Assembly: GCA_045639285.1 (NCBI GenBank)
Contig: JAZUCV010000020.1
Location: 3,936-67,935, forward strand
Direction: 5' to 3'
DNA length: 64,000 nucleotides
Source: Tidjanibacter sp.
Lineage (GTDB): Bacteria > Bacteroidota > Bacteroidia > Bacteroidales > Rikenellaceae
A program made the translations under genes and the position numbers. Below are positions 29,132 to 39,935 of the stretch, in pieces. How positions within the stretch are numbered: the first letter of the stretch is position 1; every line of letters begins with the position of its first letter. Below the pieces are notes generated by a model, which saw only the letters and a list, made by a program, of their open reading frames with translations, did no database searches and was not told the origin of the DNA.

Positions 29132-30463
29132 ATGGAAATAAAGAAATTAGTAGTGCTTGGCGGTGGCGAGAGCGGTGTTGGCTCTGCAATCCTTGGCCAG
29201 AGAGAGGGTTTCGATGTATTCCTCTCCGATTCGTCGCGCCTGGCCAACAAATATGCCGATATGCTCACCCGTGAGGGTATTCAGTTCGAAGAGGGAGGCC
29301 ACACTATGGAGAAGATTATGGAGGCTGACCTTGTGATTAAGAGTCCCGGTATTCCCGACAAGGTGGCAATCATCAAGGCTCTCCGCGAGGCCGGTAAGGA
29401 GATAATCTCCGAGATTGAGTTTGCAGGTCGCTACACCTCAGCACGCACAATCTGCATCACCGGCTCCAACGGCAAGACCACAACAACCACTCTGACCCAT
29501 AAGATTCTCGAGGATGCGGGCTACAATGTTGGGCTTGGCGGAAATATCGGCAAGAGCTTCGCGCTGAGCGTGGCTACCGAGGAGAGAGATTGGTATGTAT
29601 TGGAGCTGAGCAGCTTCCAGCTCGATGGTATGTTCGACTTCAGAGCCGATGTGGGCGTGCTGATGAACATCACCCCCGACCACCTCGACCGCTACAACTA
29701 CAAGTTTGAGAACTATGCCGAGAGCAAGATGCGCATTGCTCAGAACCAGACCGCCGAGCAGACCTTTGTCTATATGGCTGACGACAGCAACATCACCTCG
29801 CGATTGGAGGCTCACGCCTCGGAGGTGAGTCGAGCACCCTTCAGCAAAGAGATGGTGGACGAGGATGGCACTATCCACATCGAGTTAGGCGGCAAGGAGC
29901 TGAACATTGACAGCAACCGTCTGAAGATAAATGGACTTCACAATATGTATAACGCTATGGCTGCATCCCTGGCTGCTATGGCTGCCGGCGTACCCACCGA
30001 GAGCATCCTCAGCACACTCTACTCATTCGAGGGTGTCGAGCACCGTCTGGAGCCTGCAGGAGTAGTTGACGGTGTGGAGTACATCAACGACTCGAAGGCC
30101 ACAAATGTCGATTCGGTATGGTATGCGCTGGGCAGTATGACCCGCCCGACCATCTGGATTGCAGGCGGAACAGATAAGGGCAACGACTACGAGCCATTGA
30201 AAGAGCTCGTTTACGATAAGGTGAAGGCTCTGGTATGTATGGGTCTGAACAATGAGAAGCTGGTGGAGAGTTTCCGAGGCGTGGTGCCTGTCTATCCCAC
30301 CACCTCGCTCGACGAGGCGATGAAGGTGTGCCGTTCGGTGGCAAAGGAGGGCTATACGGTACTGCTCTCACCCGCCTGCGCAAGTTTCGACCTCTTCAAG
30401 AACTATGAGGACAGAGGCCGACAATTTAAGGAGTATGTAAAAAAGATGGCAAGCAATGAGTAA
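29132..30463 (+). CDS. murD: UDP-MurNAc-L-Ala--D-glutamate ligase
   Basis: ITGSNGKTTT, ELSSFQL, DHLDRY, NDSKATN and SPACASFD. Confidence 0.97.
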   Translation: MEIKKLVVLGGGESGVGSAILGQREGFDVFLSDSSRLANKYADMLTREGIQFEEGGHTMEKIMEADLVIKSPGIPDKVAIIKALREAGKEIISEIEFAGRYTSARTICITGSNGKTTTTTLTHKILEDAGYNVGLGGNIGKSFALSVATEERDWYVLELSSFQLDGMFDFRADVGVLMNITPDHLDRYNYKFENYAESKMRIAQNQTAEQTFVYMADDSNITSRLEAHASEVSRAPFSKEMVDEDGTIHIELGGKELNIDSNRLKINGLHNMYNAMAASLAAMAAGVPTESILSTLYSFEGVEHRLEPAGVVDGVEYINDSKATNVDSVWYALGSMTRPTIWIAGGTDKGNDYEPLKELVYDKVKALVCMGLNNEKLVESFRGVVPVYPTTSLDEAMKVCRSVAKEGYTVLLSPACASFDLFKNYEDRGRQFKEYVKKMASNE

Positions 30464-31775
30464 CAATTCGGGCGAGATAGAGGGCTTGGGCGATATTCGC
30501 AATGGCGCACGCAAGGTGCTGAATCGCATATTTGGTGGCGATAAAGCTGTGTGGGCTGTGACGGTGATTATGTTGGTAATCTCCGTCTTTGTGGCATATT
30601 CGGCCTTAGCCTACAAGGAGCGACTCTCCTCCACCGACCAGCTTATAGACCAATTGAAGATGGTAGGTGCGGGTATTGTTGTCCTCTTTGGTGTGTCGTT
30701 CATCCGCTACCAATGGTATCGTCCGCTGATTAAGTTAGGCTACATCGTATCGCTGGGCCTGACCGTAGCGATGCTTATCTGGGGTACGGAGGTTGGTGGC
30801 GTAAAGCGTAGCCTCCCTCTGTTTGGTATTGAGTTTCAGCCGTTTGAGTTGTTAAAGATTATGGTTGTGTTGATGTTGGCAGATGCACTTGCAAGGCGTC
30901 AGAAGATAATCGACACTACCCCGATGATACCCAACCTCTGCTTTTGGCGATGGTTCAAGGACCCCAAGCGCAAGGATATCAACATCATCATCGACCACAC
31001 CCTGCCTCTGCTGGCGCCTATGGCAATTGCCTGCCTGGTAACACTCAAAACGAGTAACTCCACGACACTGATTATCGCTGTTTCGTGCTTTGTAATGCTC
31101 TTTATCGGACGTATGCAGATGAAAGACCTGGGCAAGTTGCTGTTGGTACTTTGTGTGGCCGGTGTGTTGGCATTTACTCTGCTCAGCGACCGCGACGATA
31201 CGGGCAAGAGTCGTCTGTCGGGTCTGCAACCCAATATGTTTAAGGAGTATGTGGTGGTGGAGAGCGATGGTCTGCCCTACTATCACAACCCCAACGAGAG
31301 CGAGCAGGCGACAAATGCCAAGATGTCGGTTGCAACAGGCGGTCTGTTTGGCAAAGGCCCGGGTATGAGCACTCACCGTTCGCTATTGCAGGAGGCAGAG
31401 AGCGATATGGTATATGCTTTTCTGATTGAGGAGTATGGCGCATTTGGAGGTTTTGTGGTGATGATATTGTTCCTCATCCTCTTCTACCGTTCGATACGCA
31501 TCTTCAATCGTTGCGGTACGGCATTCCCTTGCCTTGTGGTGTTGGGCCTGTCGATGATTATCACCCTGCAAGCCTTTATGCACATGATGGTTTCGGTGGC
31601 CCTCTTCCCGCTTACGGGTCAGCAGTTGCCACTAATCAGCAAGGGTGGTACATCACTGCTATTTACCCTCGCGTCAATTGGTATGATACTCAATATCAGC
31701 CGACAGACCGAGACCAAGACACACGACCGTCCGAAGGATGAGTCACTTTTGGAAAACAATAAAACCAAGCAATAG
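30456..31775 (+). CDS. ftsW: SEDS family peptidoglycan glycosyltransferase
   Basis: FQPFELLK, GGLFGKGPG, IEEYG and PLTGQQLPLISKGGTS; position in the dcw cluster. Confidence 0.9.
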   Translation: MSNNSGEIEGLGDIRNGARKVLNRIFGGDKAVWAVTVIMLVISVFVAYSALAYKERLSSTDQLIDQLKMVGAGIVVLFGVSFIRYQWYRPLIKLGYIVSLGLTVAMLIWGTEVGGVKRSLPLFGIEFQPFELLKIMVVLMLADALARRQKIIDTTPMIPNLCFWRWFKDPKRKDINIIIDHTLPLLAPMAIACLVTLKTSNSTTLIIAVSCFVMLFIGRMQMKDLGKLLLVLCVAGVLAFTLLSDRDDTGKSRLSGLQPNMFKEYVVVESDGLPYYHNPNESEQATNAKMSVATGGLFGKGPGMSTHRSLLQEAESDMVYAFLIEEYGAFGGFVVMILFLILFYRSIRIFNRCGTAFPCLVVLGLSMIITLQAFMHMMVSVALFPLTGQQLPLISKGGTSLLFTLASIGMILNISRQTETKTHDRPKDESLLENNKTKQ

Positions 31776-31777
31776 AT

Positions 31778-32881
31778 ATGAAAAAGAGAGTGATACTTAG
31801 CGGTGGCGGTACCGGCGGACACATCTATCCTGCCGTGGCAGTCGCAGAGGCACTGACCAAGGCGTTGGGCGACAAGGTGGAGATTCTGTTTGTAGGTGCA
31901 GAGGGAAAGATGGAGATGGAGAAGATTCCCGCCCTCGGCTATCAGATTGTAGGTCTGCCCGTTGCAGGGTTGCACCGCGGAGAGATTCTGCGCAACCTCT
32001 CGCTACCTGTTAAGGTGGTGCGCTCGCTTCGCAAGGCTCGACAGACGATAAAGGAGTTTGGCGCAGATGTGGCAGCCGGCTTTGGCGGCTATGCGAGTGC
32101 TCCTCTACTCTGGTCGGCGCAGAGAATGGGGGTGCCTACTCTTATCCAGGAGCAGAACTCATACGCAGGACTCACCAACAAGATACTCTCACGCCGTGCG
32201 CGCAAGATTTGTGTGGCGTATGACAATATGGGTCGCTTCTTCCCCGAGGAGCGTATCACAATGACGGGCAACCCATTGCGTGGCCGTTTCGACGGCGATA
32301 CCGACAAGAGTGAGGCTCTTGCCCATTTCGGATTGAAGGAGGGTGCTCCTACGATTTTAGTTGTTGGTGGCTCACTCGGCACCCGCACACTCAACGAGGT
32401 GATGAAGGGGTGGATAACCGCACACCCAACGGAGCGCGGAGTGCAGGTTATCTGGCAGAACGGCAAGTATTACGACAAGGAGATGGCTGCCTTTATGGAG
32501 GGCAAGAATACTGATGGTATCTGGCGCGGAGCCTTTATCGACCGTATGGACTATGCCTACGCAGCTGCCGATGTTGTGGTGTCGCGCTCTGGTGCTTGCA
32601 CGGTGTCGGAGTTGTGCCTGGTGGGCAAGCCCACAATCTTTGTCCCCTCGCCCAATGTTGCGGAGGACCACCAGACAAAGAACGCAAAGGCACTTGCAGA
32701 TAAAGGTGCTGCACTTCTTGTGCCCGACAGCGAGGCGGTAGCCAAGGTTATGGCTGAGGCTGAGGCTCTTGTGGCAGACAAGGAGCGATTGGCGGCATTG
32801 AACAAAAACATCAGCGCGCTGGCCATTGCCGACTCGGCAGAGAGAGTTGCAAAGTTGATTATCGAGCTACTTGACAAGTAA
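31778..32881 (+). CDS. murG: Lipid II GlcNAc transferase
   Basis: SGGGTGGHIYP, GFGGY, EQNS, GNPLR and GGSLG. Confidence 0.97.
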   Translation: MKKRVILSGGGTGGHIYPAVAVAEALTKALGDKVEILFVGAEGKMEMEKIPALGYQIVGLPVAGLHRGEILRNLSLPVKVVRSLRKARQTIKEFGADVAAGFGGYASAPLLWSAQRMGVPTLIQEQNSYAGLTNKILSRRARKICVAYDNMGRFFPEERITMTGNPLRGRFDGDTDKSEALAHFGLKEGAPTILVVGGSLGTRTLNEVMKGWITAHPTERGVQVIWQNGKYYDKEMAAFMEGKNTDGIWRGAFIDRMDYAYAAADVVVSRSGACTVSELCLVGKPTIFVPSPNVAEDHQTKNAKALADKGAALLVPDSEAVAKVMAEAEALVADKERLAALNKNISALAIADSAERVAKLIIELLDK

Positions 32882-32940
32882 ACAGGCAAGGAGTAAAACG
32901 CAAATTATTAGAAGGAAGCATCATTAGAAAGAGGAGCAAA

Positions 32941-34311
32941 ATGAAAAAAAATGTATATTTTGTGGGTATTGGCGGTATTGGAATGAGTGCACTTGCACGC
33001 TACTTTATGCACGAGGGCTGCTTGGTGGCAGGCTACGACCGCACACGCACATCCCTGACCGAGCGTCTGGAGGCCGAGGGTGCCGCGATTCACTACCACG
33101 ACTCGGTGGAGGCCATCGGCGAGGCGTTCCGCGACAAGGAGAAGACACTCGTTGTCTATACCCCCGCCATTCCTGCCGACCATAGCGAGCTGTGCTGGTT
33201 CCGCGAGGAGGGATTCGAGGTTGTTAAACGCTCGGAGATTCTTGGCCACCTCTCGACAGGCAAATATGTGATGGCTGTGGCAGGTACCCACGGCAAGACC
33301 TCGACAACGACTATGGTCGCTTGGCTCAACCACTGTCTGACAGGTGGGGGTAACGCCTTTTTGGGTGGCATATCGCGCAACTTCGAGAACAATATGGTGT
33401 TGGGGAGTGGCGACAGGTTTGCTGTGGAGGCCGACGAATACGACCGTTCATTCCTGCGCTTGTCGCCCAATGTGGCTGTGGTAACGGCTACGGATGCCGA
33501 CCATCTCGATATTTATGGCTCGTTGGAGGCTCTTCGAGAGGCTTTTTCTCAGTTCATCCGACAGATTAAGCCCGGCGGAGCCCTCATTATAAAGAAGGGT
33601 GTGGAGGTAGAGATTGACAATCCGGAGATTAGCGTCTATCGCTATGCTGTAGAGAACGAGGCCGACTTCTATGCTACCAACCTGAGGCTCTGCCCCGATG
33701 GCCGTTATATGTTTGATATTGTCTGTCCCGATCGCACAATCAGCGACTGCAAGTTAGGCATTGTGGGAAAGGTCAATGTTGAGAACTGCGTGGCAGCTGT
33801 GGCGGCAGTATGGGCAGCAGGCGAGGTGGATGACGATAAGTTGCGTGTGGCGCTGGATGAGTTCCGAGGTGTAAAACGCCGTATGGAGTGCTATATCAAC
33901 ACCCCGAAGATAGTCTATATCGATGACTACGCCCACCACCCCGAGGAGCTCCGCGCGACCATCACTTCGCTCCGCGAGATTTTCTCAGAGCCCAAGCGCA
34001 AACTGACGGCCATATTCCAGCCTCACCTCTATACGCGTACGCGCGATTTCTATAAGGAGTTTGCCGAGGCTCTATCGTTGGCCGACGAGGTGATACTTTT
34101 ACCTATCTACCCTGCACGCGAGTTGCCGATTGAGGGTGTTGGCTCAGAGATGATTGCCGAACTTGTAACCGTTCCCCACCGCATTGTGGCAAAGGAGCGT
34201 ATTGCACAGGAGATTGGCGCATCGCAGGTCGATGTGGTGGTTAGTTTCGGTGCTGGCGATATCGACCAGCATTGTGCCGACATTGCATCAAGACTTGCCG
34301 AGAGAGAGTAG
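32941..34311 (+). CDS. murC: UDP-MurNAc--L-alanine ligase
   Basis: GIGGIGMS, AGTHGKTST, EADEYD, DDYAHHP and FQPHLYTRT. Confidence 0.97.
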   Translation: MKKNVYFVGIGGIGMSALARYFMHEGCLVAGYDRTRTSLTERLEAEGAAIHYHDSVEAIGEAFRDKEKTLVVYTPAIPADHSELCWFREEGFEVVKRSEILGHLSTGKYVMAVAGTHGKTSTTTMVAWLNHCLTGGGNAFLGGISRNFENNMVLGSGDRFAVEADEYDRSFLRLSPNVAVVTATDADHLDIYGSLEALREAFSQFIRQIKPGGALIIKKGVEVEIDNPEISVYRYAVENEADFYATNLRLCPDGRYMFDIVCPDRTISDCKLGIVGKVNVENCVAAVAAVWAAGEVDDDKLRVALDEFRGVKRRMECYINTPKIVYIDDYAHHPEELRATITSLREIFSEPKRKLTAIFQPHLYTRTRDFYKEFAEALSLADEVILLPIYPARELPIEGVGSEMIAELVTVPHRIVAKERIAQEIGASQVDVVVSFGAGDIDQHCADIASRLAERE

Positions 34312-34345
34312 CATTTTAGAAACAGAAGTTAGGAACACAACAGGT

Positions 34346-35206
34346 ATGTGGAGAAAGATATTATCAATAGTATTGGCCTTGTTGGTTTGGGGCGGTATTG
34401 TTGCCTACGTCATTTGGGCGTGGCGACTTACCGATGAGCACCACACACTGCTGAGGGTAGCCTCGGTGGAGGTGGAGATTACCGACCGCGACAAGGTGGA
34501 GATACTCTCTGCCGATGAGGTGGCGGGATGGATTGACACGGCAGGGATGAGCCCTGTCGGCCGACTCTATGATAGTATCGACACACGTCAGGTGAACGAG
34601 ATGGTGGCATCGCATAACTTTGTGAGTCGCAGCAATACCTATTTGGATTTTTCGCGCACTATGCACGTCGAGGTTGCTCAGCGCAGACCCATCCTGCGAG
34701 TAGCGAGCGAGGCTGGTGCTCAATTCTACCTGACAGATGACAGGTATGTTGAGCCTATCGTGACGGGTGCGGCGCAGTATGTTCCTATTATCACGGGAAC
34801 GCTTCCCCTCCCCTTCCCCGGTGAGTTCCGAGGCAGTCTGGAAAAATTTGTGGAGGATAATGAAAAAAAGAGCGATAAAAACTATTTATTTCTTTGTAAA
34901 CTGATTAATTTTGTAGAATATATCGAGCAAATACCCTTTTGGAGGGCACAGATAGTACAAATCAACCTGACAGGCGGAGTGCAAGCATCTGATGGTGTGG
35001 AGTTTAGAGAGCCTCACATCGAACTTGTACCTCGCGTGGGTAGCCATATTATAAAACTTGGCAAACTCGATGACTACCAAAGCAAACTGCGCAAGCTCTA
35101 CCACTTCTACCAAACAACGGCCGAGGAGGAGGGTTGGCTCAGTGCTGAGGTTATAGATATAGCATACGATAACGAGGTAATTATAAGGAGAACGAAAAAT
35201 GAGTAA
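34346..35206 (+). CDS. ftsQ: FtsQ/DivIB-like cell division protein
   Basis: N-terminal TM segment, QRRPILRV and ELVPRVG; lies between murC and ftsA. Start at MWRKIL. Confidence 0.75.
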   Translation: MWRKILSIVLALLVWGGIVAYVIWAWRLTDEHHTLLRVASVEVEITDRDKVEILSADEVAGWIDTAGMSPVGRLYDSIDTRQVNEMVASHNFVSRSNTYLDFSRTMHVEVAQRRPILRVASEAGAQFYLTDDRYVEPIVTGAAQYVPIITGTLPLPFPGEFRGSLEKFVEDNEKKSDKNYLFLCKLINFVEYIEQIPFWRAQIVQINLTGGVQASDGVEFREPHIELVPRVGSHIIKLGKLDDYQSKLRKLYHFYQTTAEEEGWLSAEVIDIAYDNEVIIRRTKNE

Positions 35207-36650
35207 GTACACGGTAGCGATTGATTTAGGATGTAGCGATATTGTTGTTGCGGTCGGCACTAAGGATGCAGATGGCAAACTTAATGTTGTGGATGTGGCA
35301 CTCAAACCACTGAGCGATGGTGTGGTAAAGGGTGAAATATCGAACATTGAGAGTGTCACCAAAGCTCTTCGCAACACATTGAGTGATACGGAGCGTCGTC
35401 TGGGCATCACCATTGACGAGGCATACGCCTCCATATCGGGCCAGCACATCCAATCGGCAACAAGTTCCTACTTTGTCTATGTCGGCAACGACGGCGAGGT
35501 AAAAGAGGAGGATGTACGCAAACTCAAAGACAATATGGACAACGTACAGCCCCCCGAGGAGAGTATGGTGATTATGGAGCGCATCCCTCAGTCCTACACC
35601 ATTGACAACCACGAGCAGACCACATCGCCAATAGGTCGCTTTGGTCGTCAGCTCGGCGCTACCTTTAACTTTATCGTTGCCAATAAGAGCTCTATCGACC
35701 GTAACCAGAAGGTGTTCGACCGCGTGGGTATTCGTCGCAAGGGTCTCTTCGCTGCTCCCCTGGCCTCGTCGGTGGCTGCGGCTACCGAGGATGAGAAAGA
35801 GCTCGGCGTTGTGGTTGTTGATTTGGGTGCTGGCACTACCTCGGTCTGCATCTGGAGCTACAATGTACTGCGCCACGTTGCTGTGATTCCTCTGGGTATG
35901 AATGTGATTAACAAGGATATCCGCTCGGCCTCTATTCCCGACCTCCATATCGAGGATTTGAAGGTGGCACACGGCTACGCTGTGGCAAGCGCGATTCCCG
36001 ACAATCTGATTAACAAGACCATCAACATCCCCGGTCGCACCAAGAATGAGATTAAGCAGATAACCTTCCGCGACCTGAGCACCATCATTGAGGCTCGCGT
36101 ACTTGACATCATCGAGTATGTAATAGGCGAGATTAAGGATGCCGGTATGACAGAGAAGGTACCCTCCGGTATTGTATTGACGGGTGGTGGCTCACTGCTG
36201 AAAGGCATTGATTCGCTCTTTGCAGAGCGCACAGGCTACGATGTTCGTCTGGCCTCGGCCGACTTCAACATCAGCGACGAGAGCAAAGAGCTAGTTAGCG
36301 ACCCACGCTTCGCAACCGCAGCCGGTGTATTGCTGATGGCACAGAACCCCGACCTTCTCTCCGCACATAGCGAACAGCGCAGCGAGGGCGACGCCGTAAT
36401 TCGCACCAACCTTGCCCCCATCGAGGCGCAGAATCCCGACTTTACGGATGACGACAAGGAGAACTACATTGAGGAAGAGAAGTTTGGCGACGATCTCCCC
36501 AAGAAGAAACGCAAGCCCCGCAAGGAGAAAGAGAAGAGGGAGAAGAAGAGAGAGTCGAACAATGGTGAGGGTGGTCTGAAGAATAAGGTCAGCCGATTGT
36601 TCACCTCGTGGTTTGGTGTAGTTGACGACGATGACGAGTCGTTCAACTAA
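35199..36650 (+). CDS. ftsA: Cell division protein FtsA
   Basis: IDLG, EKELGVVVVDLGAGTT, GIVLTGGGS and a C-terminal amphipathic helix. Confidence 0.95.
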   Translation: MSKYTVAIDLGCSDIVVAVGTKDADGKLNVVDVALKPLSDGVVKGEISNIESVTKALRNTLSDTERRLGITIDEAYASISGQHIQSATSSYFVYVGNDGEVKEEDVRKLKDNMDNVQPPEESMVIMERIPQSYTIDNHEQTTSPIGRFGRQLGATFNFIVANKSSIDRNQKVFDRVGIRRKGLFAAPLASSVAAATEDEKELGVVVVDLGAGTTSVCIWSYNVLRHVAVIPLGMNVINKDIRSASIPDLHIEDLKVAHGYAVASAIPDNLINKTINIPGRTKNEIKQITFRDLSTIIEARVLDIIEYVIGEIKDAGMTEKVPSGIVLTGGGSLLKGIDSLFAERTGYDVRLASADFNISDESKELVSDPRFATAAGVLLMAQNPDLLSAHSEQRSEGDAVIRTNLAPIEAQNPDFTDDDKENYIEEEKFGDDLPKKKRKPRKEKEKREKKRESNNGEGGLKNKVSRLFTSWFGVVDDDDESFN

Positions 36651-36689
36651 TAGGAGGACTCTTTTTATCTAATTAAGAAGAAGCAGACA

Positions 36690-38000
36690 ATGATGAATAT
36701 GTTTACAGACGAAAGCATACTTGCCGATATCAAAGGCGTAGAGCGCAAGCAAAAGTCCTATATAATGGTGCTGGGTGTTGGTGGCGCAGGCGGAAATGCC
36801 GTGAACCATATGTTCGACCTCGGCATCAAGGGTGTGTCGTTTATGATTTGTAACACAGACCGCCAGGCGCTGGACAACAGCCCTATCGATACCAAGATTC
36901 AGCTTGGCGAGGGTCTGGGTGCAGGCAACGACCCCAAGCGCGGCAAACAGGCAGCACTCGAAACACTTGACGAGATAATGATTCGCCTCGAGGAGGAGGG
37001 TATCAAAATGCTCTTTATCACCGCCGGTCTGGGTGGTGGTACAGGTACCGGAGCAGCGCCTGTGATTGCCAAGGCTGCTCGAAACAAGGGTATCCTGACA
37101 GTTGGTATCGTCACTCTTCCCTTCTTCATCGAGGGTAAGGTGCGCGAAAATCAGGCACGACAGGGCTTGGAGGAGTTGCAGGAGTATGTTGACTCACTCG
37201 TAGTTATCCGCAACGACAACATACAGAAGATTTATGGCTCGCTCCCCATCAAGGAGGCCTTTGGTAAAGCTGACGATATCTTGGCGACAGCAGCAAAGGG
37301 CATTGCCGAACTTATCACCCGCCACGGTATTGTCAATGTCGACTTTGCAGATGTCAAGACCGTTATGCAGAACAGCGGTATGGCACTTATGGGCTCGGCA
37401 AAGGCTACCGGCTCGGACAAGATTACCCAGGTTGTAGAGCAGGCGCTCTCGTCGCCTCTGCTCAACCATCAGGATATCCGTGGTGCAAAGAACATCCTCT
37501 TCAACCTCTCCTACTCCTCGGGCGACCTGGTAAGTTTCGACCAGGCACAAGAGGCACTCACGCTTATCCAGAAGCGAGCAAGCAAGAGTTTCGATGGCAA
37601 CGATGCCACCATCATCTGGGGTGCCGGTGAGCAGACCGACCTCGACGACGAGATAGAAATTACTATTATTGCTACGGGTTTCGACATTGCCGAGGCCACC
37701 ATACCTGGTGCGATAGGCAAGCAGCAGCCCGAGCCGACCCCCCTCGCCTCGACAAAGAGCCCCGCAGCCACCAAGCTGACGATGAAGAGCCCCACCCCTA
37801 CCGAGGCAACCGTGTTGAAGTTGCGTCACAAAGAACGTTTCGACGATATTGACAAGTGCACAGCGCGTCCCTCTTACTCGGCGCGTGGTATGCATCTGCT
37901 CGGCGGTGGCAAGCAGGGTAAAGTACTCTTCCAACCCCACCAACAGGAGAACAAGCCCGAAGAGCCTCAGACCCCATCCGGCAACGGCACACTCTTCTAA
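36690..38000 (+). CDS. ftsZ: Cell division protein FtsZ
   Basis: GVGGAGGNAV, GGGTGTG and NVDFAD. Confidence 0.98.
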   Translation: MMNMFTDESILADIKGVERKQKSYIMVLGVGGAGGNAVNHMFDLGIKGVSFMICNTDRQALDNSPIDTKIQLGEGLGAGNDPKRGKQAALETLDEIMIRLEEEGIKMLFITAGLGGGTGTGAAPVIAKAARNKGILTVGIVTLPFFIEGKVRENQARQGLEELQEYVDSLVVIRNDNIQKIYGSLPIKEAFGKADDILATAAKGIAELITRHGIVNVDFADVKTVMQNSGMALMGSAKATGSDKITQVVEQALSSPLLNHQDIRGAKNILFNLSYSSGDLVSFDQAQEALTLIQKRASKSFDGNDATIIWGAGEQTDLDDEIEITIIATGFDIAEATIPGAIGKQQPEPTPLASTKSPAATKLTMKSPTPTEATVLKLRHKERFDDIDKCTARPSYSARGMHLLGGGKQGKVLFQPHQQENKPEEPQTPSGNGTLF

Positions 38001-38033
38001 AACATTACGGACAAACCATTTTAGCATACAGAC

Positions 38034-39332
38034 TTGGTAACACTCTGTCAGATAGCACAACTACTCTCCTTCACACCACAGATGGTGGTGTGGTTAGCTA
38101 TAATTGTGGTCTTGCTCTGCATATCGGCCTTGGCCTCAGGCTCAGAAACAGCCTTCTTCTCGCTCTCGCCAGCACAATTGGAGACACTTCGCAGTAAGGA
38201 GTCTGCCAAGTCGAGAGCAGTACTCCAGCTCCTTGACGAGAAGGATTATCTGCTGGCCACAATATTGGTGCTGAACAACTTGGTAAACATCTGTATTGTT
38301 GTACTCTGCAACAATCTGATTGACGCCCTTGTCGAGTTCTACTCCACAGGCTGGGAGTTCGCCATCAAGACCGTGCTTGTAACCTTCCTTCTCCTGCTCT
38401 TCGGAGAGATTATGCCCAAGGTATTTGCCAACTACAACTCCGTACGTCTGGCGACACTGATGGCTGTCCCTCTGGTCGGTATGCGCAAGGTGCTTACACC
38501 GCTAACATTTATCCTCGTAAAATACTCCTCTGGGCTTGCGGAAAAACGAGGGCACAGAGCAGACATATCGGTCGATGAGCTCTCCGATGCGCTCGAGATG
38601 ACAGAGCAGACCGATCAGGAGGAGCGACAGATGCTCACCGGAATTGTGCAACTTGCCAACAGCGAGATTCACGACATTATGCACCCCCGCCTTGACATCA
38701 CCGCCCTGAATATCGAAGAGAAATTCAGCCGTGTGAAAGAGGTCATCATCTCCTCGGGCTACTCCCGCATCCCCGTCTATCGCGAGACGCTCGACAACAT
38801 CGAAGGTGTGCTCTATGTGAAGGATCTCATCCCTTACATCAACCGCGACAACAACTTCGAATGGAACACACTGCTGCGCCCCGCATATTTTGCCCCCGAG
38901 CATAGCAAACTTGGTGATATGTTGGAGGAGTTCCGCAGTCGCAAGGTGCATGTTGCCATCGTGGTCGATGAGTACGGCTCGACAGTGGGTCTTATCACGC
39001 TGGAGGATATCCTAGAGGAGATAGTTGGAGAGATATCCGACGAGAGCGACATCGACGAGAGTTTCTTCCAAAGAGTGGGTGATGGCATATACATCTTTGA
39101 GGGTAAGACACATATTGGCGACCTGGAACGCGTACTATCACTCCCGGAGGGTACTTTTGATGACTGCAAAGGTCAGGCAGAGACAATAGCAGGTATGATG
39201 CTGGAGCGCAAGCGTGAGTTCCTGCGCAAGGGCGACAAGATGACCTTTCACAACATACGTTTCTCGGTAGAGAGTATTGAAGGTCGCAAGGCAGATAAGA
39301 TCAGAGTTGAGCAAACCCAACCTCGTCAGTAG
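38034..39332 (+). CDS. gldE: GldE / hemolysin-family DUF21-CBS-CorC protein
   Basis: SGSETAFFSL, FGEIMPK, YSRIPVY and VVDEYG...TLEDILEEIVGEI. Confidence 0.85.
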   Translation: MVTLCQIAQLLSFTPQMVVWLAIIVVLLCISALASGSETAFFSLSPAQLETLRSKESAKSRAVLQLLDEKDYLLATILVLNNLVNICIVVLCNNLIDALVEFYSTGWEFAIKTVLVTFLLLLFGEIMPKVFANYNSVRLATLMAVPLVGMRKVLTPLTFILVKYSSGLAEKRGHRADISVDELSDALEMTEQTDQEERQMLTGIVQLANSEIHDIMHPRLDITALNIEEKFSRVKEVIISSGYSRIPVYRETLDNIEGVLYVKDLIPYINRDNNFEWNTLLRPAYFAPEHSKLGDMLEEFRSRKVHVAIVVDEYGSTVGLITLEDILEEIVGEISDESDIDESFFQRVGDGIYIFEGKTHIGDLERVLSLPEGTFDDCKGQAETIAGMMLERKREFLRKGDKMTFHNIRFSVESIEGRKADKIRVEQTQPRQ

Positions 39333-39926
39333 GTGAAAATCATAGAGTTTAATAGTTGCAAGGTAGCATTGGTGTCTATCGGTGAGGGTAGCAGAGAGGC
39401 TCTCACCACAGCCGATATTGCCCTTATCGACACCATAAACTCACCCTCACGCAAGGCCGAGCAGACAGCCTGGCGTACTGCCCTGAGGGCACTCATCGGC
39501 TCCGACGAGGAGGTCGTATATCTACTCTCGGGCGCACCCGCACTAACAGGCAGAGGTCAACACATAAGCGTAACACACAACACAAAGTGGGCGGCAGTGG
39601 CAATCAGCAGAGAGAGGTGCGGCATAGACATAGAGCACCTCACACGCAACTTCGACCGCGTAGCCTCACGTTACATATCACCCGAAGAGGGAGAGCTAAG
39701 CGAGAGCAACCACCCGCTATTCAAGCCACTACTATGGTCGGCAAAAGAGGCGATATACAAATTCGTAGCGACAGAGAACATAGATTTCATCAAGGATATC
39801 CGAGTGGTAGCGACCGACATCCCCGCAAACAAGCTATGGGCTGAGTTTCGCAACACACCGCTCCCCGAGATGCAGTTCACCATAATCGACAACAACTCGC
39901 TGCTCTGTATAATCTGCGACAAATAA
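39333..39926 (+). CDS. 4'-phosphopantetheinyl transferase superfamily protein
   Basis: ISVTH, GIDIE and WSAKEAIYK motifs. Confidence 0.85.
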   Translation: MKIIEFNSCKVALVSIGEGSREALTTADIALIDTINSPSRKAEQTAWRTALRALIGSDEEVVYLLSGAPALTGRGQHISVTHNTKWAAVAISRERCGIDIEHLTRNFDRVASRYISPEEGELSESNHPLFKPLLWSAKEAIYKFVATENIDFIKDIRVVATDIPANKLWAEFRNTPLPEMQFTIIDNNSLLCIICDK

Positions 39927-39935
39927 CACACAATA

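Noticed and set aside
36440-36650. Lys/Glu-rich low-complexity tail of FtsA
   Set aside because: It is the expected variable linker before the membrane-targeting helix.
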